A stretch of 64,000 nt of DNA from Acidobacteriota bacterium (GCA_046727215.1 JBKPCC010000040.1:21637-85636), one strand, 5' to 3'; positions 48,489 through 58,213 are shown, numbered from the stretch's first letter. Made by a program: numbers and translations. The notes: generated by a model not told the origin, from the sequence alone.

Positions 48489-49262
48489 ATGCCTGCACTT
48501 CTTTCAGTTATCATTCCCGCATACAACGAATCCGCCCGTCTTCGCAAGACATTGCCGCGCGTCATCGAATATCTAAACGACAACTTTCCAAACTCAGAGC
48601 TAATCGTTGTTGATGACGGTTCCACTGACAGTACATCCACCGTCGCTCATGAGGGCATGGCGCAATCCGGCAGCGTTCACGGGTCAGTAATCAGTTACCA
48701 GTCAAATTTAGGAAAGGGTCGAGCAGTTAGACTTGGCCTTCTTGCAGCCCGGGGGAAAATCGCATTGTTTTCTGATGCTGATCTCTCAACGCCTATCACA
48801 GAAACACAAAAGCTGGTTACACCTATTGCAAATGGTGAGTGTGATGTGACATTTGGCTCTCGAGCCTTGGATAGGAGCCTTATTGGGGTTCACCAAACAT
48901 GGCGGCGCGAACAGGGTGGCCGTGTGTTCAACCTGGCGGTGCGGCTGGCGACCGGCCTTCCCTTCTGGGACACGCAGTGCGGGTTCAAGGCATTCCGCAT
49001 GAGTGTTTGCCGGCCGATTATAGAGGCCGCGACTATTGATCGTTTTGGCTTCGATGTCGAGTTACTGTATGTCTGTTACAGCGCCGGTTTGCGGTTGAGG
49101 GAAATTCCTGTGCGATGGGATCACTCTGAAGGCAGCAAGGTAAGTCTTGCTGGGGACAGTTTGAAAATGCTGGGGGAGGTGGCGCTTATTCGACGCCAGG
49201 CACGGCGAGGTGTTTACGATCGAGCGATTAAAGCCATTGAGGCAGACCGCCGCGCAGGATAG
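48489..49262 (+). CDS. Family 2 glycosyltransferase (polyprenyl-phosphate glycosyltransferase-like)
   Basis: N-terminal LSVIIPAYNE, VVDDGSTD and SDADLSTP motifs typical of GT2 dolichyl/undecaprenyl-phosphate glycosyltransferases. Confidence 0.8.
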   Translation: MPALLSVIIPAYNESARLRKTLPRVIEYLNDNFPNSELIVVDDGSTDSTSTVAHEGMAQSGSVHGSVISYQSNLGKGRAVRLGLLAARGKIALFSDADLSTPITETQKLVTPIANGECDVTFGSRALDRSLIGVHQTWRREQGGRVFNLAVRLATGLPFWDTQCGFKAFRMSVCRPIIEAATIDRFGFDVELLYVCYSAGLRLREIPVRWDHSEGSKVSLAGDSLKMLGEVALIRRQARRGVYDRAIKAIEADRRAG

Positions 49263-49326
49263 TTTTCCCCTGTCAGAACCTCGCTGAGAACGGCCACTTC
49301 TCGTATACTTCTTCGTTACCTTGTCA

Positions 49327-50094
49327 ATGACTGCGCGACTTAACGTCAACATCGATCATGTAGCAACCGTGAGGCAGGCTCGGCGCGCTCCTGAGCCAAG
49401 CGTGGTTGCAGCGGCGATAGCCTGCGAACAGGCCGGCGCGGATGGAATCACCATTCATCTCCGCGGTGATCGCCGGCATATTCAGGACGAGGACGTTCGG
49501 CTGCTGCGCCAATCGATCAGTACGTACCTGAATCTGGAAATGGCTGCGACTGAAGAGATGTTGAAGGTGGCCATCGACACTCGCCCCAACGCCGTCAGTC
49601 TGGTGGCTGAGAATCCGAGTGAGATAACCACCGAAGGGGGACTTAACGTAAAAGCAAACATCGCAATTGTTCGTGCGACTGTCAATAAGCTACGGCAACA
49701 AAACATCCTCGTCAGCTTGTTTATCGATCCCGATCCGCAACAAATCGAAAGCGCTCATGCTATCGGTGCACAGCAAGTTGAATTGTGCACAGCAGCCTAT
49801 GCTGACGCGACGCTCGGGGCGGCAGGCATTCATGGAGAGGGGGCGGCGAAAGCCGCTCACGAGTTAAGGCGCTTACGGGAAGGTGCAGCGCTTGCAGCGC
49901 AATACGGTCTGCTCGTAGCCGCTGGTCACGGACTGACTTTCAGGAATGTTGGGGCGGTAGCTACGATATCAGAGATTACTGAATTCAATATCGGCCACAA
50001 CATTGTGGCACGTGCGCTATTCTGCGGTTTGGGACAGGCGGTTAGAGAAATGCGTGAGGCAATCAGATTAGGCAGCGCGCAGAAATCATTTTAG
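49327..50094 (+). CDS. pdxJ: Pyridoxine 5'-phosphate synthase
   Basis: L.VNIDH.ATVRQAR....P......A......GADGIT.HLR.DRRHI.D.DV is the PdxJ N-terminal signature. Also has EFNIGH near the C-terminus. ATG 49327 was chosen. Confidence 0.9.
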   Translation: MTARLNVNIDHVATVRQARRAPEPSVVAAAIACEQAGADGITIHLRGDRRHIQDEDVRLLRQSISTYLNLEMAATEEMLKVAIDTRPNAVSLVAENPSEITTEGGLNVKANIAIVRATVNKLRQQNILVSLFIDPDPQQIESAHAIGAQQVELCTAAYADATLGAAGIHGEGAAKAAHELRRLREGAALAAQYGLLVAAGHGLTFRNVGAVATISEITEFNIGHNIVARALFCGLGQAVREMREAIRLGSAQKSF

Positions 50095-50113
50095 CCGCGT
50101 TAGTCTGCGGCTA
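50092..50113. terminator. Short hairpin spanning the convergent pdxJ and atpC stop codons
   Basis: TAGCCGC-N8-GCGGCTA (7 bp perfect stem). Both stop codons lie within the stem arms. Confidence 0.35.
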
Positions 50114-50518
50114 GCTACTTCCCGACGCGAGTTTCAAGCGAACCATGGAGCGCTCGAGCCGAGCGCGCGCCGTTTCAAAATCCTCCTCAGTTCCAGTCCA
50201 CGAGCTAAGTTGCTTCTCTACGTGTTCGCGGGCCAGACGTGCGCGCGCGGCATCGATCTCTTCGGGTCGTTCAGCAATTTCTGCCAACACCGAAACATGA
50301 TCATCTTTGATCTCGAGAAATCCTCCTGAAACGTGCAGTTGAAAAGTCTTGCCATCCTGCACATACGAGAGCACGCCGGTTTGCAGTTGTGAAATGAGCG
50401 GAGTGTGACCGGGCAGGATGCCGAGCTCTCCACCCAGACCAGGGAGAGTTACCATAGAGACCGCCTCTGCCAGCACCCGGCGTTCAGGCGTGATCACTTC
50501 TAATTGTAATTCAGCCAT
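50111..50518 (-). CDS. atpC: F0F1 ATP synthase subunit epsilon
   Basis: 135 aa. L.VITPE......V..V..PG..GE.GILP.H.PL...L..G and the C-terminal helical hairpin. Downstream of atpD. Confidence 0.9.
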   Translation of the reverse strand: MAELQLEVITPERRVLAEAVSMVTLPGLGGELGILPGHTPLISQLQTGVLSYVQDGKTFQLHVSGGFLEIKDDHVSVLAEIAERPEEIDAARARLAREHVEKQLSSWTGTEEDFETARARLERSMVRLKLASGSS

Positions 50519-50530
50519 TTCAGTTCAATA

Positions 50531-50675
50531 GGGAAAAAGGGAAAACGGGGAAAAGGGTAACAAGGGTAAAAGGATAATGGTGTCTCAATGTCCCCGCGTC
50601 TCCCCTTTTCCGCGTCCCCGCGTCCCCGCGTCCCCGCGTCTCCCATTCTCCGTGTCCCCCGCGTCTCCGCGTCCC
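50531..50675. repeat. G/A-rich block plus (CGCGTCCC[C])n tandem repeat in the atpD-atpC spacer
   Basis: The plus strand has GGGAAAAAGGGAAAACGGGGAAAAGGGTAACAAGGGTAAAAGG (50531-50574) and TCCCCGCGTCTCCCCTTTTCCGCGTCCCCGCGTCCCCGCGTCCCCGCGTCTCCC... (50591-50675). On the atp mRNA-sense strand the latter reads GGGGACGC repeats. Confidence 0.8.
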
Positions 50676-52394
<1,719 letters not shown>

Positions 52395-52398
52395 TTAG

Positions 52399-52428
52399 TT
52401 GTACTAGTTTCGTAGTACAAGGTAGAAT
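52399..52428 (+). promoter_or_regulatory. Candidate autoregulated promoter/operator of the GntR gene
   Basis: Perfect inverted repeat TTGTACTA-N6-TAGTACAA (52399-52420). It overlaps a -35-like TTGTAC, followed 18 nt later by a -10-like TAGAAT (52423-52428) that overlaps the first ATG. Confidence 0.45.
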
Positions 52429-52822
52429 GAGTCAGATGTTCCCAATAAACCCGGCTGATCCAATGCCACTTTACGCCCAGTTAACAAGGGCGATTCGTTT
52501 TGCCGTGACGACCGGCCGCCTCAGAGTCGGAGAACAGCTCCCGACGGTGAGGCAGTTAGCTGTGGATCTCCGTATCAACGCGAATACCGTCGCGAAGGTC
52601 TACGCAGAATTGGAGCGCAGCGGAATTGTAGAAACACATCGAGGAGTCGGGACCTTTGTGTGCGAACAGAATTTCGATGCGCGACAGACTCAGCAACACG
52701 AGCAGCAGTTTCACGAGTTAACCAACCGCTTCATTACCGAAGTAGGAGCGCTTGGGTTTACTCTTGACGATGTGCTTGATTACCTGCAAAGCAGGCGCAA
52801 GAAGGAGAAGAAAAATGGCTGA
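52427..52822 (+). CDS. GntR-family transcriptional regulator (short YtrA-like subfamily)
   Basis: PLY.QL...I......G.L..G..LP.VR.LA..L.IN.NTV.K.Y..LE..G......G.G.FV. At 131 aa it lacks a large effector domain. An alternative in-frame ATG lies at 52436. Confidence 0.85.
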   Translation: MSQMFPINPADPMPLYAQLTRAIRFAVTTGRLRVGEQLPTVRQLAVDLRINANTVAKVYAELERSGIVETHRGVGTFVCEQNFDARQTQQHEQQFHELTNRFITEVGALGFTLDDVLDYLQSRRKKEKKNG

Positions 52823-53747
52823 GATGACTAGTTTGATCCAGACGAAGAGCAATGTGCCGTCGCAGAACACTCCTCGAATCAATGTGATTTCGGCGGTCGC
52901 CTTTCTGGCCCCACTCGCGCTGGGTGTGTTGACGTTCCTGACAACCGGCAACCCCGCTGGGCTGATTGTTGGAATACTGCTCGGCATTCTGCTGGCTCAG
53001 GCTCCGAAAATCGCTCGACAGTGGGAGCGCGCCGTGGTGTTGCGACTCGGAAAGTACGTTGGTCTACGCGGTCCCGGCTTGTTTTGGATTGTGCCGTTTG
53101 TGGATTCGATTCCAGCATGGATAGATCAGCGAGTGATTACCACCAGTTTTGCGGCGGAAGAAACGCTGACATCTGATACTGTGCCGGTCAACGTTGACGC
53201 GGTGCTATTTTGGATGGTCTACGATCCAGAGAAAGCTGCGCTTGAGGTGCAAAACTATCCGCAGGCAGTGAGTTGGGCAGCACAGACTGCGCTTCGCGAC
53301 ATCATCGGCCGCACCTCGCTCACCGATCTTTTACGAGGACGAGAGCGCATTGAGGAAGAATTACAACAACTAATTGATCAACGCTCGAATCCCTGGGGCG
53401 TTACAGTTCAGTCGGTAGAGATGCGCGACGTTGTTATTCCCACTGCGCTACAGGATGCGATGTCCCGCGAAGCGCAGGCCGCCCGTGAGAAACAGGCGCG
53501 CATAATCCTGGGCCAGGCGGAAGTTGAAATCGCCCACTCCTTCGAGAAGGCAGCGGAATCCTACCAAGATAATCCGACGGCTCTACATTTAAGAGCTATG
53601 AACATGCTGTATGAAGGCTTGAAGGAAAAAGGAGCCCTGATGCTGGTGCCAAGTACGGCTGTGGAATCGATGGGTATGGGTGGGCTGTTGGGTGCTGCTG
53701 CGCTACGTCAAAAGAAGTTGACCGAAGGTGAAGAAGATACCGAATAG
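52815..53747 (+). CDS. SPFH/Band 7 (stomatin-like) membrane protein
   Basis: TM region followed by E.AVV.RLGKY....GPGLF...PF.D, LRD.IG, and the alanine/glutamate-rich stretch REAQAAREKQARI typical of SPFH proteins. The ATG at 52815 overlaps the GntR stop by 8 nt. Confidence 0.85.
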   Translation: MAEMTSLIQTKSNVPSQNTPRINVISAVAFLAPLALGVLTFLTTGNPAGLIVGILLGILLAQAPKIARQWERAVVLRLGKYVGLRGPGLFWIVPFVDSIPAWIDQRVITTSFAAEETLTSDTVPVNVDAVLFWMVYDPEKAALEVQNYPQAVSWAAQTALRDIIGRTSLTDLLRGRERIEEELQQLIDQRSNPWGVTVQSVEMRDVVIPTALQDAMSREAQAAREKQARIILGQAEVEIAHSFEKAAESYQDNPTALHLRAMNMLYEGLKEKGALMLVPSTAVESMGMGGLLGAAALRQKKLTEGEEDTE

Positions 53748-53864
53748 GTGGAACGGTACCCTGAAGTTTGAAGATACTAAGGATACTGATTACGCAGTAG
53801 TTGCGGGGACCTCTTCAGGGTCGCGATTGATCAATCTGAAGTCGGCAATTGGCAATCGGAAATG

Positions 53865-54128
53865 TCACTGCTCTGGATCGATTCGGATCTTCATGCGTTG
53901 CAGGACCTGGACGTCCTCGTCCGTTAGATCCAGAGTGGCGTCACCATCTTCGTCATCACCCGCATGCGGCCGCAAACCGATTTCGAGTCTGAGTGTCAGT
54001 TCCATTTCATAACCGGCATCACGCAGACGCTCGATAGCCTCGGCCACTTTTGCGGAGTTTTCTACCGATTCGTTGATCGCCGTGCCTATCTCACGAACGA
54101 TCTCTTTTGCCTCGTCATCGATGTCCAA
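53865..54128 (-). CDS. Hypothetical small acidic protein
   Basis: 87 aa ORF with no recognised motif. Divergent from the peroxiredoxin gene. Confidence 0.4.
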   Translation of the reverse strand: MDIDDEAKEIVREIGTAINESVENSAKVAEAIERLRDAGYEMELTLRLEIGLRPHAGDDEDGDATLDLTDEDVQVLQRMKIRIDPEQ

Positions 54129-54246
54129 GTGTGTTTACCTTGTAAGGGGTCCTAATCTGCGGATGTTATGGCGCGCGCTGCTATGCTACTTGAGTGCTAC
54201 TGGACGGTCAACCCGGTCGTCCCTGCAAAATCACAACTTTCGTTTC

Positions 54247-54290
54247 GTGTGATTTCGTGGACAGTTTTGTGTGATTTCGTGGATAGTTTT
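54247..54290 (+). repeat. Two tandem 22 nt direct repeats containing the family-2 word, upstream of the peroxiredoxin gene
   Basis: GTGTGATTTCGTGGACAGTTTT (54247-54268) and GTGTGATTTCGTGGATAGTTTT (54269-54290) differ at one position. Confidence 0.75.
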
Positions 54291-54379
54291 GGAGAACTAG
54301 TGTTGCGTTAACTTGAAATCGCTTTTTGTGTAAATTATCTTTACCTAGCATCAAACAAAAACAAAAGGAGGAATTTTTC

Positions 54380-54844
54380 ATGCCTGAAGTGGGGGATCTG
54401 GCCCCGGATTTTGAGCTGCCAAGTAACATGGAGAAAGGAAAAAAAGTGAAGCTTTCCGATTTCCGTGGCAAGAAAAACGTTGTACTCGCTTTTTATCCTT
54501 TAGCGTTCACGCCGGTTTGAACGGCGCAAATGCCTGCGTACGAGGCCGACCTCGAACGCTTCAAAGGCTATGATGCCCAGGTCTTGGGCATATCCGTCGA
54601 TAGCGTCCCCTGCAACACCGCCTGGGCAAAAAGCCTCGGTGGACTTTCATACGATCTGCTTAGCGATTTTCACCCCAAGGGAGAAGTGGCCAAGAAGTAC
54701 GGTGCCTATCGTTCAAATGATGGGATAAGCGAGCGCGCTCTCTTCATCGTGGACAAGGAGGGGAAACTCGCGTACAAGGATATTCACGACATTTCGGATC
54801 AGCCGGATAACGAAGATTTATTTGAAGTTCTACGGAAACTGTAG
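54380..54844 (+). CDS. AhpE-like 1-Cys peroxiredoxin with predicted selenocysteine (UGA at 54518-54520) at the peroxidatic position
   Basis: ORF-track pieces 54326..54520 and 54530..54844 are in the same frame. The joined product (154 aa) reads ...[27 protein letters not shown].... This aligns to the FFPLAFTGIC(Cp)QGE motif of AhpE/AhpC-TSA proteins. AAGGAGG RBS at 54365-54371. A SECIS-like hairpin lies at 54536-54559. Confidence 0.8.
54536..54559 (+). promoter_or_regulatory. SECIS-like hairpin downstream of the peroxiredoxin UGA
   Basis: GCGU-A-CGAGG [CCGA] CCUCG-A-ACGC: 4 bp + 5 bp stem with an A/A internal loop, starting 16 nt after the UGA at 54518-54520. Confidence 0.55.
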
Positions 54845-54861
54845 CTTGCTCCGAAATTGAG

Positions 54862-54896
54862 AGGTCAGAGCTGGTCCGCCTGATTAGCTCTGACCT
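54862..54896 (+). terminator. Hairpin between the two selenoprotein genes (possible intrinsic terminator or attenuator)
   Basis: Perfect 11 bp stem AGGTCAGAGCT / AGCTCTGACCT with a 13 nt loop, followed by the T-rich TCACTTCTGTTT. Confidence 0.4.
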
Positions 54897-54908
54897 TCAC
54901 TTCTGTTT

Positions 54909-55637
54909 ATGACTATTTTTCGCAAGTGTGTACCTTTCACGCCGTTTGAAGGTGAGCTGTCAAAGGCGACTATCGCAATCGTCTCTGCAGGCGGAGTCCA
55001 TCTGAAACATCAGGAGGCGTTCAATACGAGCGACGAATTGGGCGATCTCGGCTACCGCGTCATACCAGAGGATGTCGATTCAAAACATATAATGGTAACG
55101 CACCACCATTACGACCATTCCGATGCCGACCGGGATATCAATGTGGTTTTTCCGATCGATGTCTTACGGGATCTGGAGAATGAGGGATTCATCGGCGGCA
55201 TTGCCCGCAAACATGTCGGTTACATGGGCTACACTATGCAGCTGAAGGCGATGTATGAGGGAACTGCCCGTGAGATCGCCAATGAAATCGACAAAGGATC
55301 CCGAGCAGATGCCGTGGTGCTGACTGGTGGTTGACCGAGCGTTTGTCACCGCACGGTCGTGGCGGTCCAACGCGAGATCGAAATGAAAGGAATTCCGACA
55401 GTTCTCATTACTGTCAGCCCGGAAGTCTCCGCGCAAATGCGGCCTCCACGAGCGATTTATCCAAATGGCTTTAAAATTGGGAACAGTTTGGGAAAGCCAA
55501 ATGCCCGTGACTTGCAGCGAAAAGTTCTAAGAGATGCGCTCAGCCTGTTGAGGGAAAACACTCGGCCGGGCGCAATCGTGACAAGGGAATATCCGGAATA
55601 CGGAGACTACTTCGAGCCGCCACGGGTTAGGAAGTAA
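54909..55637 (+). CDS. GrdB/PrdB-family (glycine/sarcosine/betaine/D-proline reductase selenoprotein B-like) protein with predicted selenocysteine (UGA at 55332-55334)
   Basis: ORF-track pieces 54909..55334 and 55359..55637 share one frame with no other stop. The joined product reads ...ADAVVLTGG-U-PSVCHRTVVAVQREIEMKGIPTVLIT.... This is the U(C)-x3-C redox motif context, followed by the E..GIPTV motif of the GRDB family. Upstream HHHYDHSDADRDINVVFPID.LR.LE.EG.IG is also family-typical. A SECIS-like hairpin lies at 55348-55366. Confidence 0.75.
55348..55366 (+). promoter_or_regulatory. SECIS-like hairpin downstream of the GrdB-like UGA
   Basis: ACCGC-(A)-C [GGUCGU] G-GCGGU: stem with one bulged A and an apical loop containing GGU, starting 14 nt after the UGA at 55332-55334. 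Confidence 0.5.
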
Positions 55638-55643
55638 ATTCCG

Positions 55644-56756
55644 ATGAAAACCATAGGAATCGTAACAGGCGGAGGCGATGCTCCTGGTTTAAATGCTGTA
55701 ATCCGCGCGGTTGTCAAAACGGCTGTTTGTGAGTACGGCATGCGGGTGATTGGTATTGAAGACGGGTATGAAGGTCTTCTGGGTGACACGAGAACCAGGC
55801 CCTTAACTCCCGACGATGTGCGGGGTCTTCTTCCGCGCGGCGGTACGATCCTGGGAACAAGGAATCGTGGCAGATTTGCAGAGCATGTGGAGGGCGGCGT
55901 TCTCACCAAGTCGGAGGATGTGTATAAGGAAGCTGTTGGAAACCTGCAACGCCTTGGCATTGACGGACTCGTAGTCCTCGGAGGAGAAGGCACCCTTACC
56001 ATCGCAGCAGAATTTGATGCATTGGGTATCCCCGTATGCGGAGTACCAAAAACAATTGATAATGATCTAGCCTGCACAGAACTGACTTTCGGTTTCATGA
56101 CGGCACTCGATATTGCGACTGAAGCTTTGGACCGGCTTCATACCACTGCTGAATCTCACGATCGCGTTATGATTCTCGAAGTAATGGGACGCAATGCAGG
56201 ATGGATTGCTCTGCATTCCGGGATCGCTGGCGGGGCCGATGTTATCTTGATCCCGGAGATCCCCTTCTCCATCAAGTCTGTTGCGGCGAAGATTCGAGCA
56301 AGAGAAACTGGTGGATCAAATTTCAGCATTATTGTGATAGCTGAAGGCGCAGTTGAAGTTGGTCACGAGCAGATCTATCAGGATAAAGGCGATCCGTTGC
56401 ACGCCCCCAGATTAGGTGGCATTGGAAACTATTGTCGAATAGAGTTGGAACAACTTACTGATAAAGAGGTACGTTGTGTTGTTCTCGGGCACTTGCAAAG
56501 AGGTGGACGACCCAACGCATTCGATCGGATGCTGGCGACGAATTTTGGCTCCTGCGCCGTCCGCACACTGGCGGAAGGAAAAACAGGAGTCATGGTCGCG
56601 CTGCAAGCCGGAGACATTGTTCCCGTGCCGATTTCTGAAGCCATTGCGAATACGAAGACCATTCCGCCTACAGGTCAATTGGTCCGCACCGCGCGAGACA
56701 CTGGCATCTCGTTTGGCGCACCAGATGAGGCAGAACATCATCAGCAAGGGCTCTAA
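55644..56756 (+). CDS. pfkA: 6-phosphofructokinase
   Basis: IGIVTGGGDAPGLNAVIR, GG.GT, PKTIDNDL, MGR.AGWIAL and LGH.QRGG motifs. ATP versus PPi specificity was not assigned. Confidence 0.9.
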   Translation: MKTIGIVTGGGDAPGLNAVIRAVVKTAVCEYGMRVIGIEDGYEGLLGDTRTRPLTPDDVRGLLPRGGTILGTRNRGRFAEHVEGGVLTKSEDVYKEAVGNLQRLGIDGLVVLGGEGTLTIAAEFDALGIPVCGVPKTIDNDLACTELTFGFMTALDIATEALDRLHTTAESHDRVMILEVMGRNAGWIALHSGIAGGADVILIPEIPFSIKSVAAKIRARETGGSNFSIIVIAEGAVEVGHEQIYQDKGDPLHAPRLGGIGNYCRIELEQLTDKEVRCVVLGHLQRGGRPNAFDRMLATNFGSCAVRTLAEGKTGVMVALQAGDIVPVPISEAIANTKTIPPTGQLVRTARDTGISFGAPDEAEHHQQGL

Positions 56757-56778
56757 AGTTGGAGGAAGCGAGACGTAA

Positions 56779-57255
56779 GTGTCACAAGACATCAAACAAA
56801 AACTGCAGGGCGAGCTTGATGAGCTCGAGAACGAGTTACGCGTTCACCTTCCCAAAGAGATAAAGAGAGCGCTTGAGTTTGGGGATCTGCGTGAGAACTC
56901 GGAGTACCGTGCGGCGTTGGACCGCCAGAACGTGGTGAAGGCACGTATTGTGGAACTGCGACAGCGGATCAGTGAGATTGCTTCGATTGACCTCAACCGC
57001 ATTCCGAAGGACCGGGCCGGTTATGGATCTGTGCTGAGTCTTTATGACGCGGAACGGGATGAGGAGGTAACTTATCGGCTTGTCACACCGGAAGAAAGCG
57101 ATCCACAAAAAGGGCTGATCTCTACTACGTCTCCAGTCGGAAAGAGTCTGATGGGTAAGGAGGAAGGCGACCAAGTAGTCGTGCGTACTCCTGCCGGTGC
57201 ACGTACGTTTGATATTAAGAGTTTGACCACGCTTCACGACGAGCAGGCGAAGTAA
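56779..57255 (+). CDS. greA: Transcription elongation factor GreA
   Basis: 158 aa. N-terminal coiled coil with GDL.ENSEY.AA...Q and C-terminal S..SP.G..L.GK..GD.V motifs. GTG start. Confidence 0.88.
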   Translation: MSQDIKQKLQGELDELENELRVHLPKEIKRALEFGDLRENSEYRAALDRQNVVKARIVELRQRISEIASIDLNRIPKDRAGYGSVLSLYDAERDEEVTYRLVTPEESDPQKGLISTTSPVGKSLMGKEEGDQVVVRTPAGARTFDIKSLTTLHDEQAK

Positions 57256-57261
57256 AGACTT

Positions 57262-57418
57262 ATCCACAGATTACACAGATTTAGAAGGTAAAACAGTAGG
57301 CTTGACTTAGCCGACATCAAGAAAGCTGACTTGCTAAAACAGGAACCTCAGCCAAGGGCGATAATTCAAGTTTGCTGCTTTGGACTCTAAATCTGTGTAA
57401 TCTGCGTAATCTGTGGAT
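57262..57418. repeat. Family-1 inverted repeats flanking about 100 nt (MITE-like) between greA and the CDP-alcohol phosphatidyltransferase gene
   Basis: ATCCACAGATTACACAGATTTAG (57262-57284) pairs with CTAAATCTGTGTAATCTGCGTAATCTGTGGAT (57387-57418). The 20 nt ATCCACAGATTACACAGATT is identical to the copies at 15404 and 35253. Confidence 0.8.
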
Positions 57419-57496
57419 TATTTTGGTGTAGCCTGCCGTACTGACAGTTTTTTGCGTTTTCGGCATAATGGCTGATTAGGGAGAAACCGAGGAAAA

Positions 57497-58213
57497 ATGT
57501 TTGGCGCCAGCATCGGACGCGCTTGCCAACGGATCATCGACGCTATGGTCCGCTGGCTGGCCCACGGCCATATTAACCCGAACTTCTTAACCGTCATTGG
57601 CGTAGCTTTAAACGTTGGTTGCGGTCTGCTGTTTGGATTTGGGCTGTTTTTTTGGGCCGGAATCGTTCTGATCGTCGCCAATCTTTTTGACATGCTGGAC
57701 GGCCAGGTGGCCCGCCTGTCTGGTCGGGTGACTCGGTTTGGAGGTTTCCTGGATTCGTCGCTGGACAGACTATCCGACATGGTAGTTTTCGTCGGTTTGA
57801 TGGTCTTTTATGCGAGGAACACGGAATTTCATTCAACTCTTAACGTTTTTCTTGCGGGTGCCGCGTTGATGGGGTCGGTTATGGTAAGCTACGCGAGCGC
57901 CCGCGCCGAAAGCCTTATTCCAAAATGTGACGTCGGATTCTTGCGGCGACCGGAGCGGGTTGTCCTTTTCATAATTGGAGCTTTGAGCACACATCCGGGA
58001 TCAAACAATTTTTTTGCTAACCGGATGCCCGCTGTTTTGTGGGTACTAGCGGTTGGTTCTTATTGGACCTTTGCTCATCGCATGTATCATACGTGGCGCG
58101 AATTGAACCACGCCACGGCTGAGATTGATTCAAGTACGCAATCGTCTTATTCGCAATCTAATTCGGGGCCTGAACGCCGGACCGAACAGACGCTTGTGCA
58201 CAAGGCTGGTTAA
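57497..58213 (+). CDS. CDP-alcohol phosphatidyltransferase family protein
   Basis: Canonical D-x2-DG-x2-AR-x8-G-x3-D-x3-D motif (DMLDGQVARLSGRVTRFGGFLDSSLDRLSD) in a polytopic membrane protein. Confidence 0.88.
   Translation: MFGASIGRACQRIIDAMVRWLAHGHINPNFLTVIGVALNVGCGLLFGFGLFFWAGIVLIVANLFDMLDGQVARLSGRVTRFGGFLDSSLDRLSDMVVFVGLMVFYARNTEFHSTLNVFLAGAALMGSVMVSYASARAESLIPKCDVGFLRRPERVVLFIIGALSTHPGSNNFFANRMPAVLWVLAVGSYWTFAHRMYHTWRELNHATAEIDSSTQSSYSQSNSGPERRTEQTLVHKAG

Noticed and set aside
54326-55637. Annotating the split peroxiredoxin and GrdB-like ORFs as pseudogenes or four separate small genes
   Set aside because: Each pair is in a single frame interrupted only by one TGA, located exactly at a redox-active Cys/Sec column of the family. 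Each TGA is followed by a suitably spaced hairpin. Selenocysteine recoding is the more economical explanation, although it is unverified.
55607-56098. Minus-strand ORF of 163 aa opposite pfk, and similar long antisense ORFs (for example 27068..27823, 22073..22618, 30841..31419, 58552..59061, 44070..44480)
   Set aside because: Each is fully overlapped by a sense-strand CDS with strong family motifs. Their translations are Ser/Pro/Arg/Thr-rich, as is typical of antisense frames.
57285-57386. The roughly 100 nt core between the family-1 arms downstream of greA as a small RNA gene, and similarly the cores at 38471-38560 and 35275-35356
   Set aside because: I could not identify a promoter, terminator or conserved structure by eye. 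The evidence is insufficient to call an ncRNA.
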